A stretch of 64,000 bases of DNA. Origin: an uncultured Rikenellaceae bacterium (GTDB lineage Bacteria > Bacteroidota > Bacteroidia > Bacteroidales > VadinHA17). This document shows, piece by piece, positions 38,175 to 48,534 of the stretch. Numbering within the stretch: the first letter of the stretch is position 1; every line of letters begins with the position of its first letter. Made by a program: the position numbers and the translations under genes. The stretch is from the NCBI GenBank assembly GCA_964639725.1, contig CAZXFB010000024.1, positions 1,638 through 65,637 of the forward strand, written 5' to 3'. The notes under the pieces were generated by a model that made no database searches, was not told where the DNA came from, and saw only the letters and a list, made by a program, of their open reading frames with translations.

Positions 38175-39665
38175 ATGAAAGAGAATTCAAAGAACATTAC
38201 ACGCCGGTCATTTATCGGAAGGACTGGTGCTGTTGCTGCAGGTTTAACAATACTTCCAAGCTCGGTCATAAGTGGCCTTGGTAAAAGGGCTCCCAGTGAT
38301 AAATTAAATATTGCTGTGGTAGGTATTGGCGGCATGGGAAATTCAAACCTCAGAGCAGTTGCTCCTACAGAAAATATTGTAGCTCTTTGCGACGTGGACT
38401 GGGGTTATTCCAAAAAAGTGTTTGATGCTAATCCAAATGCAAAAGCATATTGGGACTGGCGGAAAATGTATGATGAAATGGGTAAATCAATTGATGCAGT
38501 TATAGTTGCAACTGCTGACCATACACATGCCATCATAGCTGCTACTGCAATGACGATGGGTAAGCATGTTTATGTACAGAAGCCTTTAACTCATTCAGTT
38601 TATGAATCGAGATTATTGACCAAGCTTGCTGTAAAACATAAAGTAGCCACTCAGATGGGCAATCAGGGATCATCAGGTGAGGGTGTAAACCTTACAGTTG
38701 AATGGTTACAGAATGGCGAAATTGGTGATGTCACTAAAGTTGAGGCTTTTACCGATCGTCCTATATGGCCGCAGGGATTGAATCGTCCTTCAAAAGGTGA
38801 ATGGGTTCCTGATACACTTAATTGGGATCTTTTTATCGGAACTGCTCCAATGCGCCCTTATAACAGTATTTATCATCCTTGGAACTGGCGTGGATGGTGG
38901 GACTTTGGTACCGGTGCACTTGGTGATATGGCTTGCCATATTATGCATCCTGTATTTAAAGGACTTAAATTACAATACCCCATAAAGGCACAGGGTAGTT
39001 CAACTCTTCTGCTTACCGATTGCGCACCCAGTGCACAGATGGTAAAACTTGTTTATCCTGAAAGGATTACTCCCAAAAAGTCAAAAGTTAAGTATCCCCA
39101 GGTAGAAGTAATTTGGTATGATGGTGGTCTGCAACCTGCAAAACCTGCCGGATGGCCTGCAGGAAAGAGTATGAATGATGCAGGTGGTGGAGTGCTGTTC
39201 CATGGAACAAAAGATACTCTTGTTTGTGGATGCTATGGTAAAGATCCATGGTTATTGTCAGGACGGAAACCTGAGGTTCCAAAAACTGAACGTAGAGTTG
39301 AAGGTGGAAAGCATGAAATGGATTGGGTACGCGCTTGCAAGGAGACTCCTGAAAGCAGGGTGAAAACAAAATCTGACTTTTCAGAAGCAGGGCCATTTAA
39401 TGAAATGGTTGTTATGGGTGTTCTTGCTGTAAGACTTCAGGGACTTAACAAAGAACTTGACTGGAACGGTGAAAAAATGGAATTCACAAATATCAGTGAT
39501 ACAGACACTCTGAAAATTTGTGTCGAAGATGCTTTCAGCATTGCAGATGGTCATCCGACATTTAATAAAAAATGGACCGATCCGATCAATGCAAAACAGT
39601 TTGCTGCAGAGATGGTTAAACATAACTACCGTAAAGGTTGGTCATTACCTGAAATGCCTGCTTAA
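38175..39665 (+). CDS. Tat-exported Gfo/Idh/MocA-family oxidoreductase
   Basis: 496 aa with Tat signal TRRSFIGRTGAVAAGLTILPS. It has Rossmann motif NIAVVGIGGMGNSN and the ATADHTHA and VYVQKPLTHS motifs. Confidence 0.85.
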   Translation: MKENSKNITRRSFIGRTGAVAAGLTILPSSVISGLGKRAPSDKLNIAVVGIGGMGNSNLRAVAPTENIVALCDVDWGYSKKVFDANPNAKAYWDWRKMYDEMGKSIDAVIVATADHTHAIIAATAMTMGKHVYVQKPLTHSVYESRLLTKLAVKHKVATQMGNQGSSGEGVNLTVEWLQNGEIGDVTKVEAFTDRPIWPQGLNRPSKGEWVPDTLNWDLFIGTAPMRPYNSIYHPWNWRGWWDFGTGALGDMACHIMHPVFKGLKLQYPIKAQGSSTLLLTDCAPSAQMVKLVYPERITPKKSKVKYPQVEVIWYDGGLQPAKPAGWPAGKSMNDAGGGVLFHGTKDTLVCGCYGKDPWLLSGRKPEVPKTERRVEGGKHEMDWVRACKETPESRVKTKSDFSEAGPFNEMVVMGVLAVRLQGLNKELDWNGEKMEFTNISDTDTLKICVEDAFSIADGHPTFNKKWTDPINAKQFAAEMVKHNYRKGWSLPEMPA

Positions 39666-39741
39666 CTAATTGGTAATTAATATAAAAGGTTAGATTTTAG
39701 AAAATCTTGAGATTCAACTTAATTAACTTTTTTTACTTATT

Positions 39742-40470
39742 ATGAAGCTGCTTAACATAATTTTAATTAGTGTCACTATGGCCGGCCTGTTCACATCCTG
39801 CGGATCAAAAGGTAAGAAAGAGACTACCAAAGCTGATGATGGATGGGTGACTATCTTTGATGGCAAAACAACCACTGGCTGGAGAGGATACAACAAACCT
39901 GCTTTTCCGGAGAAAGGGTGGGAAGTTGTTGATGGAACACTTCATGTTATTGGTACAGGTTCAGGAGAAGCCGGAGACGGTGGAGACGTCATCTATGACA
40001 AGAAATTAGCTAATTTTGAACTCTCTCTTGAATGGAAAATCTCAGAGGGAGGTAACAGTGGTATTTTTATCCTTGCACAGGAGGTACCCGGAGAACCAAT
40101 ATTTAAATCTTCGCCGGAGATGCAGATTCTTGATAATGACAGGCATCCTGATGCGAAACTAGGTGTAAACGGGAACAGGATGGCAGGTTCACTGTACGAT
40201 CTTATTCCTGCTGTTCCACAGAATACCAAACCTGTAGGTGAATGGAATCAGGTAGGGATCCTATGTTATCAGGGTACAGTTGTTTTCAAGTCAAATGGTG
40301 CCAATGTAGTTGAGTTCCATCTGTGGACTGATGACTGGAAGAAGATGGTTGCCAATTCAAAGTTCAAAGATTGGGAATGGTTTCTGAATACGGCTAAGGA
40401 AGGATATATAGGACTTCAGGATCATGGAAATAGTGTTTGGTTCCGTAATATAAAGATCAAACAGTTGTAA
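39742..40470 (+). CDS. DUF1080 (3-keto-disaccharide hydrolase family) lipoprotein, second copy
   Basis: 242 aa with lipobox LFTSC. The DUF1080 pattern is present (F.LSLEWKISEGGNSGIF…EMQILD…GSLYDL…LQDHGNSVWFRNIKIKQL). Confidence 0.8.
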   Translation: MKLLNIILISVTMAGLFTSCGSKGKKETTKADDGWVTIFDGKTTTGWRGYNKPAFPEKGWEVVDGTLHVIGTGSGEAGDGGDVIYDKKLANFELSLEWKISEGGNSGIFILAQEVPGEPIFKSSPEMQILDNDRHPDAKLGVNGNRMAGSLYDLIPAVPQNTKPVGEWNQVGILCYQGTVVFKSNGANVVEFHLWTDDWKKMVANSKFKDWEWFLNTAKEGYIGLQDHGNSVWFRNIKIKQL

Positions 40471-40487
40471 TCTGATCTGGTATTGAA

Positions 40488-40518
40488 AAGAGGCTGATTA
40501 TTCATAAGTCAGCCTCTT
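40488..40518. terminator. Bidirectional rho-independent terminator between convergent genes
   Basis: A perfect 10-bp stem, aagaggctga (40488-40497) with tcagcctctt (40509-40518), has an 11-nt loop. It is flanked by T-runs on both strands (tttttatttta on +, ttttcaa on -). Confidence 0.8.
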
Positions 40519-40524
40519 TTTATT

Positions 40525-41103
40525 TTATAGAGTGCCTTTTAGTCCGATCTCTGAAGCAACAGTGCGCATACCCATTATGCAATCAGTTATAAGGTCATCT
40601 ATATTTACTCCCAGCATTGCAGCCCCCTTTTCAATAACGGTTCGGTCAACACCTGCTGCAAATTTTTTGTCATTCCATTTCTTCTTAACTGATCTACCTT
40701 CCATATCTAGAACACTTTTAGAAGGCCTCACCAGGGCACTGGTCGCTACTAATCCTGTAAGTTCATCAACAGCAAAAATAGTCTTTTCAAGAGTAGTTTG
40801 CGGCTCTACATCTGATGCCAAACCCCAGCCATGACTCAATACTGCTCTGATATATTCGGCCGGCCAGTTATTATCTTCCAGGATTTTTTTTGTCATTTTA
40901 CAATGCTGTTCAGGATACATCTCATAATCAAGATCATGTATCAAGCCTATCAGACCCCATTTCTCAACATCTTCTCCAAATTTCTTTGCCATATATCTCA
41001 TTACCCCTTCAACTGCAAGTGCATGCTTTAACAGACTTTCAGTTTTATTATATTTCTTAAACAGATCGAGTGCCTGTTCACGTGTAGGAATTACTGCAGT
41101 CAT
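40525..41103 (-). CDS. HD/HDIG-domain metal-dependent phosphohydrolase
   Basis: 192 aa with H…HD motif (LLKHALAVEG…IGLIHDLDYE) and a small HDIG-family size. Confidence 0.7.
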   Translation of the reverse strand: MTAVIPTREQALDLFKKYNKTESLLKHALAVEGVMRYMAKKFGEDVEKWGLIGLIHDLDYEMYPEQHCKMTKKILEDNNWPAEYIRAVLSHGWGLASDVEPQTTLEKTIFAVDELTGLVATSALVRPSKSVLDMEGRSVKKKWNDKKFAAGVDRTVIEKGAAMLGVNIDDLITDCIMGMRTVASEIGLKGTL

Positions 41104-41151
41104 AATGGTAATCAGATTATTGTTACTTGGAGGAACATTATTATAAGAATA

Positions 41152-44100
41152 TTATTGTCTTATTTTTATAACTGGAATACTCTTTCTTATCCAGCGGGAA
41201 CTGATATTTAAATAGTAAAGTGCAGGAGATAATCCGACAACATCATTATTTATAATAATTGTATTGGTTCCTTTAGATATTTTCTGTTCAATATGGTAAA
41301 GCTTCATTCCTGAAAGATTGACCAGAGTAATCTGAGCTGTATCAGCAACAAGTGAATTAATAACAATTTTGAGCTGATCGGTGAATGGATTTGGAAATAC
41401 CAGAAGTGGTTCATCAGTTGCGGAGTATTCAATCCTGGAATAGAGAGTGTCGTTTTTGGGATAATCATCATTATTCTCTATGCTAAAAATCATAAGATTA
41501 TAGATCCCGTATTTTGAAAGATCAGCTTTCATGATGAAAGTTACAGAAACCGAATCGCTGTAGGGGTACAATTTTTTATCGAAAAATTGCATAACAGGTG
41601 TCCCATTATTTAATGTGTAAGCAAGATTGAATCCTTTTATTGTATCCTGTCCAAAATTCAATACTTTAAGGGCAACCTCCTTTTTTCCTGTTTTCCCATT
41701 TAATGAAGGGGATACTATTCTTGCCAGTTCAAGGTCCCTCTGTACGAACTTAACAGATCCTTTAACCGAAAAATCAATCATATCGATCCATGCAGCATCA
41801 GCACCACCGGGTTTGCTTTCATCTTTATAATATACCCATTCCAGTTTATTGACTCCTGCAGGTACTCCTATTACTTTTTTCTCCCAGCCAGATTCTCCAG
41901 ATTTCTTAAAGATTTCAGTTCCATTCAGACGGAATGAGAGGTAATCATAGTTAGCTTCGGATGAAACTTTGTAATAAAACCTAATTGAATCAGGGGCTGA
42001 ATAGATAGTTCTGATTATTAGACTGGTAGTGCCATCATCAGAGATGGCACCTGATCTGGCACTTATATTCCCATCGTATGGATTTGTACTGCTTATAATC
42101 CATGGTGCAGAACTCAGATTTATCCACGGGAAGATTTTAAATGATAATGATTCAAAACTCTCCCTTACTCTGCCTACCCGAAATGTGAAGTCTTTGTTCA
42201 GAATATAGGGTTTGCAATCGAGCGAAGTGAATAATGATATTATATCCCCGATATCTGTATTATCTGAAACTCTGGCAGGTACAACTATTTCGGTTGTCTC
42301 GCCAAACTGGAGATTTCCTGATTTAACAGGCGACTGAAGAATATTTATCCTGTTATCAGGACTTGAAATATTTAATTCACCGGATATGTTGCTGCTTCCT
42401 TCATTGATTATCTGAAAAACAAAATTAACGGTCTCTCCAGGGTCAGCCACTAAATTTTTGTTTCCAGTTCCAGAATCATCAATTCTGCAACTGATAATTG
42501 AAAGAACAGGAGCATGGGCTGTAATATCTATTTTATATAGTTTTTCAGAGACCTGATCTTTTAAAGTCATCTCAAAAGGAATAATTCCCATGTCAGGTAC
42601 TGTTTCTGCAATTGTGAGATTAAATCCGTCAGAAACAAGGATCTCTGTTCCCGGATTTATATTTCCTATAAAAACCGAATCCACATTAATTTTTACCCAT
42701 TCAGATAATGATTCTAATTTTGCATAAGCCCCCGTGGCTACTGATGATCCAAGATTGCTGATGGTCGTTGCAAGAGAAAATGTCTCTCCAAAATCAGCCT
42801 GCCCGTTATTGTTAGATGAATTATCGTTTATATCTGAAGATGTAAGGTTGAGAAACTGTTGGTTTATTTTTGAGAAATAGACCTTTTTGATAAGAGGAAT
42901 TTTATTTTGACCTGTAATAACAAAGAGGCATGAATCATTACTTAAACCAGGCATTTCCATTACAACTGACCCTGATGGGCTTGCATAGGAGGCGTCCCAC
43001 AATGTATCAAAGTGTGATACAGCTACATAGGAAAATGGATCAATACTTAAGGAAAGTGATTTTATTCCATTAGGAAGGGTATCCGGAATGGATATTTTAA
43101 AAGTATCAGGTTGTCCGATAACAGGTATCATACTTGGATCCCCAACCAGGTTATAGGTTTCCCAGTAATATTTTTTCCAGCTGGAAGTACTTGCACTTAC
43201 AGCCATATTTCCTGAGTAATTTACCTGCCCCATTGTAATATACCAGTCTGATGGTGATTCATCATGTGTATGGAAGAGCCTGTCTAGGGCACCAAGCCCG
43301 GTTTGTTCATATTTTGGATTCACCGCCCTGGGATCACCGACACCTACTGCCCAGTAGTAGTCTTCATCCCAGAATGAGTCATTGGAGCATCCAATGAAAC
43401 CTATTGCTCCTTTATCTTTCGATAATACCATTCTGTTGCCAAATGAGGTAACATTGTATCGGGATGTCTGACAGGCATTACTTATAATAAAAGGATACAT
43501 GTTTTTATTAGATAAAGATGCTGTATCCCTGACCTTAATATCAATGTGCTGCCAGCCTGCTGCTTCCCCATGCCCTGTATAATTTATAAATGAAGTTCCA
43601 TTATTAATATATCTGATCAGTGAATCCTTCCTGGCACTCAATGCACCTGTGACACTTAACTTTGAAAAATAGTAAAAGTGTTGTTCTTTGATTTTATTTG
43701 CCTCATTAAGGTAATTATCAAGAGCATATTTTATCTGTCCGTTCATGATACTGGCATAACTGGCATCATAACCTGCACTTATAATTGCGTTTGAATAGAA
43801 TTTATTAGTATCTGCGAATTCAAATTTTTCATATTGAATGATTTTTTTGACAACAGTTTTTAATTCATTTGTATCGGCTACAGGTAGTCTGCCGATAAAC
43901 ATATCAGGTATATAATCTCCGTTGCCGTCAAATTCACCATAATACATATCTGTAATATTAGAATATCCACCATAATTCGGGACTTTGTTTACATCACCTA
44001 CAATTAACAGATATTCTGGAGGTGGGTCACTTTCTGATGAGGCAAGCCATAGCTTTGACAATGATGCTTTGAGCTCAGTATATGTAGTTCCGGCATATCT

Positions 44101-44952
44101 GGCTCCTCTGGTTAGGATTTTGAGTTTAAATCCTTTTTGTCTCTTCCACTCAAGAAGAGGTTGAAGATGTTTTAAGAAAGTAGTATCAGTGAGGATAACC
44201 ATTGTTACCGGTTTGTCGGAATAACCGGTAATTAAATCCTCCGGAATGTAATTAAGAACACCTTTGCTCAGCGATTCTGCAAAAACAGCAGATTCTGGGT
44301 ATGAAGATTTTATTGAAGGGATATCTGACTGAGTGAATATAACCTCTATTTTCATCGAAGTTATTACCTCAAGATAGTTTGATTTAGGATTATATCGTAC
44401 CGGTGATATAAAAAGGTTTGCCAGGCGTCTGCTTCTTACTATTCCCAATGGTAAAATATTCACCGTGTCTGAGTTTATCAATCCCCTTGTGGCATAAGTA
44501 GCTTTATTTATAATAAAAGCAGGTTTCTCTTGCTTAAACTCTTTAGTTTCTCTTTCCTGTGAGGGGAAAAGCACTCCTTCCAGTTTAGCACTTGATGGTT
44601 TAATTTTAGTTGATTCTATATCTGAAATCTTAATATTATAAGAACAATCTTCAGGTATTGTTATCAACCGGCTCAAAACCGGCAGTTCAGGGTTTCCTAT
44701 TGTTGTAGTTGGTGCATGTCCCGGTATACTTATGCGGAAGAAGGGTCCGTTTTCATTTACAAAGCTCTCAACATCAAGTTCGGATATCGAATAGTCGATT
44801 ACAATAGATCTCTTATTAATTATAGCATTGTGCTTTTGCAAATCACCATTAAAATGGTACTTGTATGTTCTTTCTGCCTGTCCGCCTGCTGATGCTGATA
44901 AAAGCAGAAAAACTGCTAATAATTTAGCTTGTTTATTATCCCCTAAACGCAT
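41152..44952 (-). CDS. Gingipain-family (C25) cysteine peptidase with a T9SS C-terminal sorting domain
   Basis: About 1266 aa from the ATG at 44952, with a signal peptide. It has a C25 propeptide-like N-terminus (…GNPELPVLSRL…). The catalytic His context is NYTGHGEAAGW and the catalytic Cys context is ISNACQTSRY. The C-terminal LLVFPNPFTDQLKIVI…LYYLNI… matches a type A T9SS CTD. Confidence 0.8.
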   Translation of the reverse strand: MRLGDNKQAKLLAVFLLLSASAGGQAERTYKYHFNGDLQKHNAIINKRSIVIDYSISELDVESFVNENGPFFRISIPGHAPTTTIGNPELPVLSRLITIPEDCSYNIKISDIESTKIKPSSAKLEGVLFPSQERETKEFKQEKPAFIINKATYATRGLINSDTVNILPLGIVRSRRLANLFISPVRYNPKSNYLEVITSMKIEVIFTQSDIPSIKSSYPESAVFAESLSKGVLNYIPEDLITGYSDKPVTMVILTDTTFLKHLQPLLEWKRQKGFKLKILTRGARYAGTTYTELKASLSKLWLASSESDPPPEYLLIVGDVNKVPNYGGYSNITDMYYGEFDGNGDYIPDMFIGRLPVADTNELKTVVKKIIQYEKFEFADTNKFYSNAIISAGYDASYASIMNGQIKYALDNYLNEANKIKEQHFYYFSKLSVTGALSARKDSLIRYINNGTSFINYTGHGEAAGWQHIDIKVRDTASLSNKNMYPFIISNACQTSRYNVTSFGNRMVLSKDKGAIGFIGCSNDSFWDEDYYWAVGVGDPRAVNPKYEQTGLGALDRLFHTHDESPSDWYITMGQVNYSGNMAVSASTSSWKKYYWETYNLVGDPSMIPVIGQPDTFKISIPDTLPNGIKSLSLSIDPFSYVAVSHFDTLWDASYASPSGSVVMEMPGLSNDSCLFVITGQNKIPLIKKVYFSKINQQFLNLTSSDINDNSSNNNGQADFGETFSLATTISNLGSSVATGAYAKLESLSEWVKINVDSVFIGNINPGTEILVSDGFNLTIAETVPDMGIIPFEMTLKDQVSEKLYKIDITAHAPVLSIISCRIDDSGTGNKNLVADPGETVNFVFQIINEGSSNISGELNISSPDNRINILQSPVKSGNLQFGETTEIVVPARVSDNTDIGDIISLFTSLDCKPYILNKDFTFRVGRVRESFESLSFKIFPWINLSSAPWIISSTNPYDGNISARSGAISDDGTTSLIIRTIYSAPDSIRFYYKVSSEANYDYLSFRLNGTEIFKKSGESGWEKKVIGVPAGVNKLEWVYYKDESKPGGADAAWIDMIDFSVKGSVKFVQRDLELARIVSPSLNGKTGKKEVALKVLNFGQDTIKGFNLAYTLNNGTPVMQFFDKKLYPYSDSVSVTFIMKADLSKYGIYNLMIFSIENNDDYPKNDTLYSRIEYSATDEPLLVFPNPFTDQLKIVINSLVADTAQITLVNLSGMKLYHIEQKISKGTNTIIINNDVVGLSPALYYLNISSRWIRKSIPVIKIRQ

Positions 44953-45080
44953 CAATGTTAATTAATTAACACAACCCTAAATTCTGATTGCAAGTTATGA
45001 AAAAAACAATATATTCTGAAAGCAGGCTTATTATATTTGATTAAAATAATAAGATTTGTATTTTTATAGTAGATTTAGGA

Positions 45081-48000
45081 ATGCTAATGAATTATTATGT
45101 GATGTCAAGACTAGTGTTGATTTTTGCTTTTATAACTATTAATATTAGATTATATGGGCAGATAAATGAATTTGGAATCCCTTTTATTAAAAACTATAAA
45201 ACACAGATAACCCAGGGTGGAGAACAAAACTGGTGTATAACAAAAGATAAAACAGGTAATCTCTATTTTGGAAACCAGGAAAGTGGAGTTATCAGATATG
45301 ATGGTACCAGGTGGAGTTCAATAACAATTGGAAATAATCCAAGAATATTCTCACTGGCATCTGATACAAATGGGATTGTTTATGTAGGAGCTGCCTATGA
45401 GTTTGGCTATATCCAGCCGGATATAAAGGGAAAACCAGAATACATTTCCCTGGCAAAAAGAACTGATTCCATACCTGCCATCGGAACTGTCTTTACAATT
45501 GCAGTACATGAGGGGAACGTTTTCTTCCAGACTCCCAGGTTAATATATGTTTATAATATAAAAGAGGATTCAATTTCTACAATAAGATTGACAGATTACA
45601 ATCTTAACCTTGCATTCCGGCTTGTGGAAATAAACGACCATTTGATCCTTACTGATAATGTGGCTGGTATTTTTGAACTGACTGATAATAAAATCACCCC
45701 CTTACCTGGAGGTGAATTTTTTAAAAACAAAATATGCACTGTCCTGATGCCATATGACGAAAGTCAGATACTTGTAGGAACCTTCTATGAGGGTCTCTTT
45801 TTATATAATTATAAAACAGGAATAGTTATTGATGACTTTATTGATAGTCAGATACTTAAAAAACTCAGAAATGTAAGTGTTTATTCCGGAGTAAAACTTG
45901 GCAATGATATCTTCGCCATCGGAACTACCAATACAGAAGGGTTAATGGTTTTTAATAAATCAGGTAAGATTATTCAGCAACTCAGGGTAGAGAACTGTGA
46001 TCTTGAAGATAATACTATGCTGGCAATGTATTGTGATTACAGTAGTAACTCTGAATTATGGGTTTCAACCTATGGTGTCATCAGTAAAATTTATTTTAAT
46101 ATTCCTATGACAAAATATGCTGAAAAGCAGGGTATTGAATCAGGGATCAATGAGATTTGCAGATACCGGGACGATTTTTATCTTTCGTCCGATGCAGGTA
46201 TTCTGAAAAGTTATATTAATGATAAAAATGAACTTAACTTTAAGAGATTGAATGGAATCAATACCCAGGTATTCCCACTTGAAGTTATCAAGACTCCCGA
46301 TGGTGAGATTTTTCTTGCTGGATCAATAAATGGGATTTTGCAAATATCTGAAAATGATATAATAAAAAAAGTTGAAAGTATTTGCAATAAACTGCCACTA
46401 AAACAATCTGTCTCTTTTAATGCAAAAAAGATTGTTCAATCGGAGTTAACCCCGGAAATTATCTATTTTGGACTTGAGGTTGGAGGAGTTCTGATCCTCA
46501 GATATGAAGGCAATCAATGGACATATATTAACAGATTAAAAAAAACACCAGGTATCGTTTCATCTATTGTTGAAAGAGAAGAGGGAGGATTGTGGATACT
46601 TACAGAAGATCCCAATAAATTGTTCAGGGTTGATTTTTCAGGAAATGATACAGTTCCATCTTTGTATAATGTAGAGAAGGGGATCCCTGATACACGTATT
46701 TATTCTATTTTTAAAAATAAGGATAACCTGTATATTACTACATCATCAGGCATTCTCCGATATGATAAAAATCAGGATAAGTTTTTGAATGATAATACAA
46801 TAACAGGTGGTTTCTCAGAAGGAAAAAATGTATATATGCTTTTTCATGATGATGAGGGGGATCTGTGGTTTAACGGAACTGACAAAAGGATCAAGGATGT
46901 TTTATTTCGTACTGGCGAAAAGACGGTCACAGCTTATCAGGGTGTCCTGAATTTATTGCCTGATGTCCCTGATCTGGATATTAATTCTTATGATGGCAAA
47001 ATATATTTAATAAAATCCAAGATCGTCTGTGTTATTGACAAATCACAGATTAAGACTGATTCAACATTAGTGAAAACATTTTTGACCTCTGTTACAACTG
47101 GCAAGGATTCAGTTGTGATGAAAGGTTCTTTTCACAGAGTTACAGATCAGGGCAGACGTATTCAGGATATTTATGGTGTCGCAGCCACAGTACCCGAATA
47201 TGGGTTCAATATGAATGCTATTTCATTTGAATGGACAACTCCTTCTTTTACAGAGGAATTATTGACTGAATATAGTTGTATACTGGAAGGTTTTGATGAT
47301 AGCTGGTCGGAATGGGAAGGTATTTCATATGGAAATACAATGGAAGCACTTTACCCCAGAAAAACCTATACTAATCTGCCTTATGGGCATTATAAATTCA
47401 GGGTAAGAACAAAGACACTTACAGGGCAACAGGGAAATGAAGTGCATTATGAATTCATTATTCTGAAACCCTGGTATGCAACAATTTTTGCATATATTGC
47501 TTTTGCACTGATAGCTCTTCTCATAATATTTATTATAATAAAATCTTATACTCGGAAACTGATAAACGAAAATTTAAGGCTTGAAGGTATTGTTGCCGAA
47601 AGGACAGCAGTAGTCGTAAAGCAAAAGGAGGAGCTTGAATCAAGTATTCATTATGCCAGCAGGATACAAATGGCACTTCTTCCTTCCCAGGCTATATTGT
47701 CAGAAAATATTAAGAATTTCTTTGTTCTTTTTAAACCGAGAGATATTGTGAGTGGTGATTTCTACTGGATGCGAAGAATTGGTGAGCGGCTTTATATAGT
47801 TGTTGCCGACTGCACAGGTCATGGTGTTCCAGGAGCCTTCATGAGCCTGTTAGGAATCTCTTTCCTTGACGAGATCATTGCCAAAGACCTTGCCCCTCGG
47901 GCTGATCAGGTACTCAGTCAGCTGCGTATTCATGTAACAGAATCTTTGAAACAGGTTGGAGATAATGATGAAGCCAAGGATGGGATGGATATGGCTCTGC

Positions 48001-48461
48001 TGGTTATCGATTTCGAAAAACAGCGAGTTGAGTATTCTGGTGCTTATAATCCTTGTTTTAAAGTCCGGAAACTGACTGATGATGAAAAAAGGAGATTTTG
48101 TGATAATTCCGGAGAGATGGCTGATGGTTCAATGACTGACGGAAACTACCTGCTCGAAACAGTTTATCCAAGCAAAATGCCTATTGGTATTTCATCCAGG
48201 ATGAATGAAGATTTCGTTTTCAAAGATTGGGCTCTGGAAGCAGGTTACTCTTTTTATCTTTTTTCTGATGGATATATTGATCAGTTTGGAGGTCCGGATG
48301 GTCGTAAGTTTATGAAGAAAAATTTCAAACGTTTGATACTTGAAATTCAGGATTTACCAATGGATAAGCAGAAAGAGACGCTTGAGAAAAATATGATGGT
48401 CTGGATTGGAAATTCACCTCAGATCGATGACATACTGATATTAGGTATCAGGATAGAATAA
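45081..48461 (+). CDS. Membrane sensor phosphatase: periplasmic two-component-regulator propeller/Y_Y_Y domains, one TM helix and a cytoplasmic PP2C/SpoIIE domain
   Basis: 1126 aa with long beta-propeller-like repeats, a Y_Y_Y-like segment (YSCILEGFDDSWSEW…YTNLPYGHYKFRVR) and a TM helix (IFAYIAFALIALLIIFIII). The PP2C motifs are SGDFYWM, VADCTGHGVPGAF and SDGYIDQFGG. Exact start is uncertain; 45081 is one of several nearby ATGs. Confidence 0.8.
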   Translation: MLMNYYVMSRLVLIFAFITINIRLYGQINEFGIPFIKNYKTQITQGGEQNWCITKDKTGNLYFGNQESGVIRYDGTRWSSITIGNNPRIFSLASDTNGIVYVGAAYEFGYIQPDIKGKPEYISLAKRTDSIPAIGTVFTIAVHEGNVFFQTPRLIYVYNIKEDSISTIRLTDYNLNLAFRLVEINDHLILTDNVAGIFELTDNKITPLPGGEFFKNKICTVLMPYDESQILVGTFYEGLFLYNYKTGIVIDDFIDSQILKKLRNVSVYSGVKLGNDIFAIGTTNTEGLMVFNKSGKIIQQLRVENCDLEDNTMLAMYCDYSSNSELWVSTYGVISKIYFNIPMTKYAEKQGIESGINEICRYRDDFYLSSDAGILKSYINDKNELNFKRLNGINTQVFPLEVIKTPDGEIFLAGSINGILQISENDIIKKVESICNKLPLKQSVSFNAKKIVQSELTPEIIYFGLEVGGVLILRYEGNQWTYINRLKKTPGIVSSIVEREEGGLWILTEDPNKLFRVDFSGNDTVPSLYNVEKGIPDTRIYSIFKNKDNLYITTSSGILRYDKNQDKFLNDNTITGGFSEGKNVYMLFHDDEGDLWFNGTDKRIKDVLFRTGEKTVTAYQGVLNLLPDVPDLDINSYDGKIYLIKSKIVCVIDKSQIKTDSTLVKTFLTSVTTGKDSVVMKGSFHRVTDQGRRIQDIYGVAATVPEYGFNMNAISFEWTTPSFTEELLTEYSCILEGFDDSWSEWEGISYGNTMEALYPRKTYTNLPYGHYKFRVRTKTLTGQQGNEVHYEFIILKPWYATIFAYIAFALIALLIIFIIIKSYTRKLINENLRLEGIVAERTAVVVKQKEELESSIHYASRIQMALLPSQAILSENIKNFFVLFKPRDIVSGDFYWMRRIGERLYIVVADCTGHGVPGAFMSLLGISFLDEIIAKDLAPRADQVLSQLRIHVTESLKQVGDNDEAKDGMDMALLVIDFEKQRVEYSGAYNPCFKVRKLTDDEKRRFCDNSGEMADGSMTDGNYLLETVYPSKMPIGISSRMNEDFVFKDWALEAGYSFYLFSDGYIDQFGGPDGRKFMKKNFKRLILEIQDLPMDKQKETLEKNMMVWIGNSPQIDDILILGIRIE

Positions 48462-48534
48462 TTTTTATATATTGCAAGCGTTTTTACAAAGGAGTTTGTA
48501 AATTATTTACATAGTTATAATAAAAATTCAAATT

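Noticed and set aside
41152-44952. Identifying the 1266-aa C25 protein as the T9SS sortase PorU
   Set aside because: The size and the C25 domain fit PorU. Against this, the protein has a gingipain-type propeptide-like N-terminus and a typical cleavable type A CTD (…VFPNPFTDQLKI…). No porV gene is adjacent, as it usually is with porU. It is more likely T9SS cargo, though I cannot exclude PorU without a search.
48483-48502. tttacaaa-ggag-tttgtaaa hairpin after the sensor phosphatase gene as a terminator
   Set aside because: The 8-bp stem is perfect but almost entirely A/T (one G-C pair) and lacks a clean downstream T-run. It is too weak to call in AT-rich DNA.
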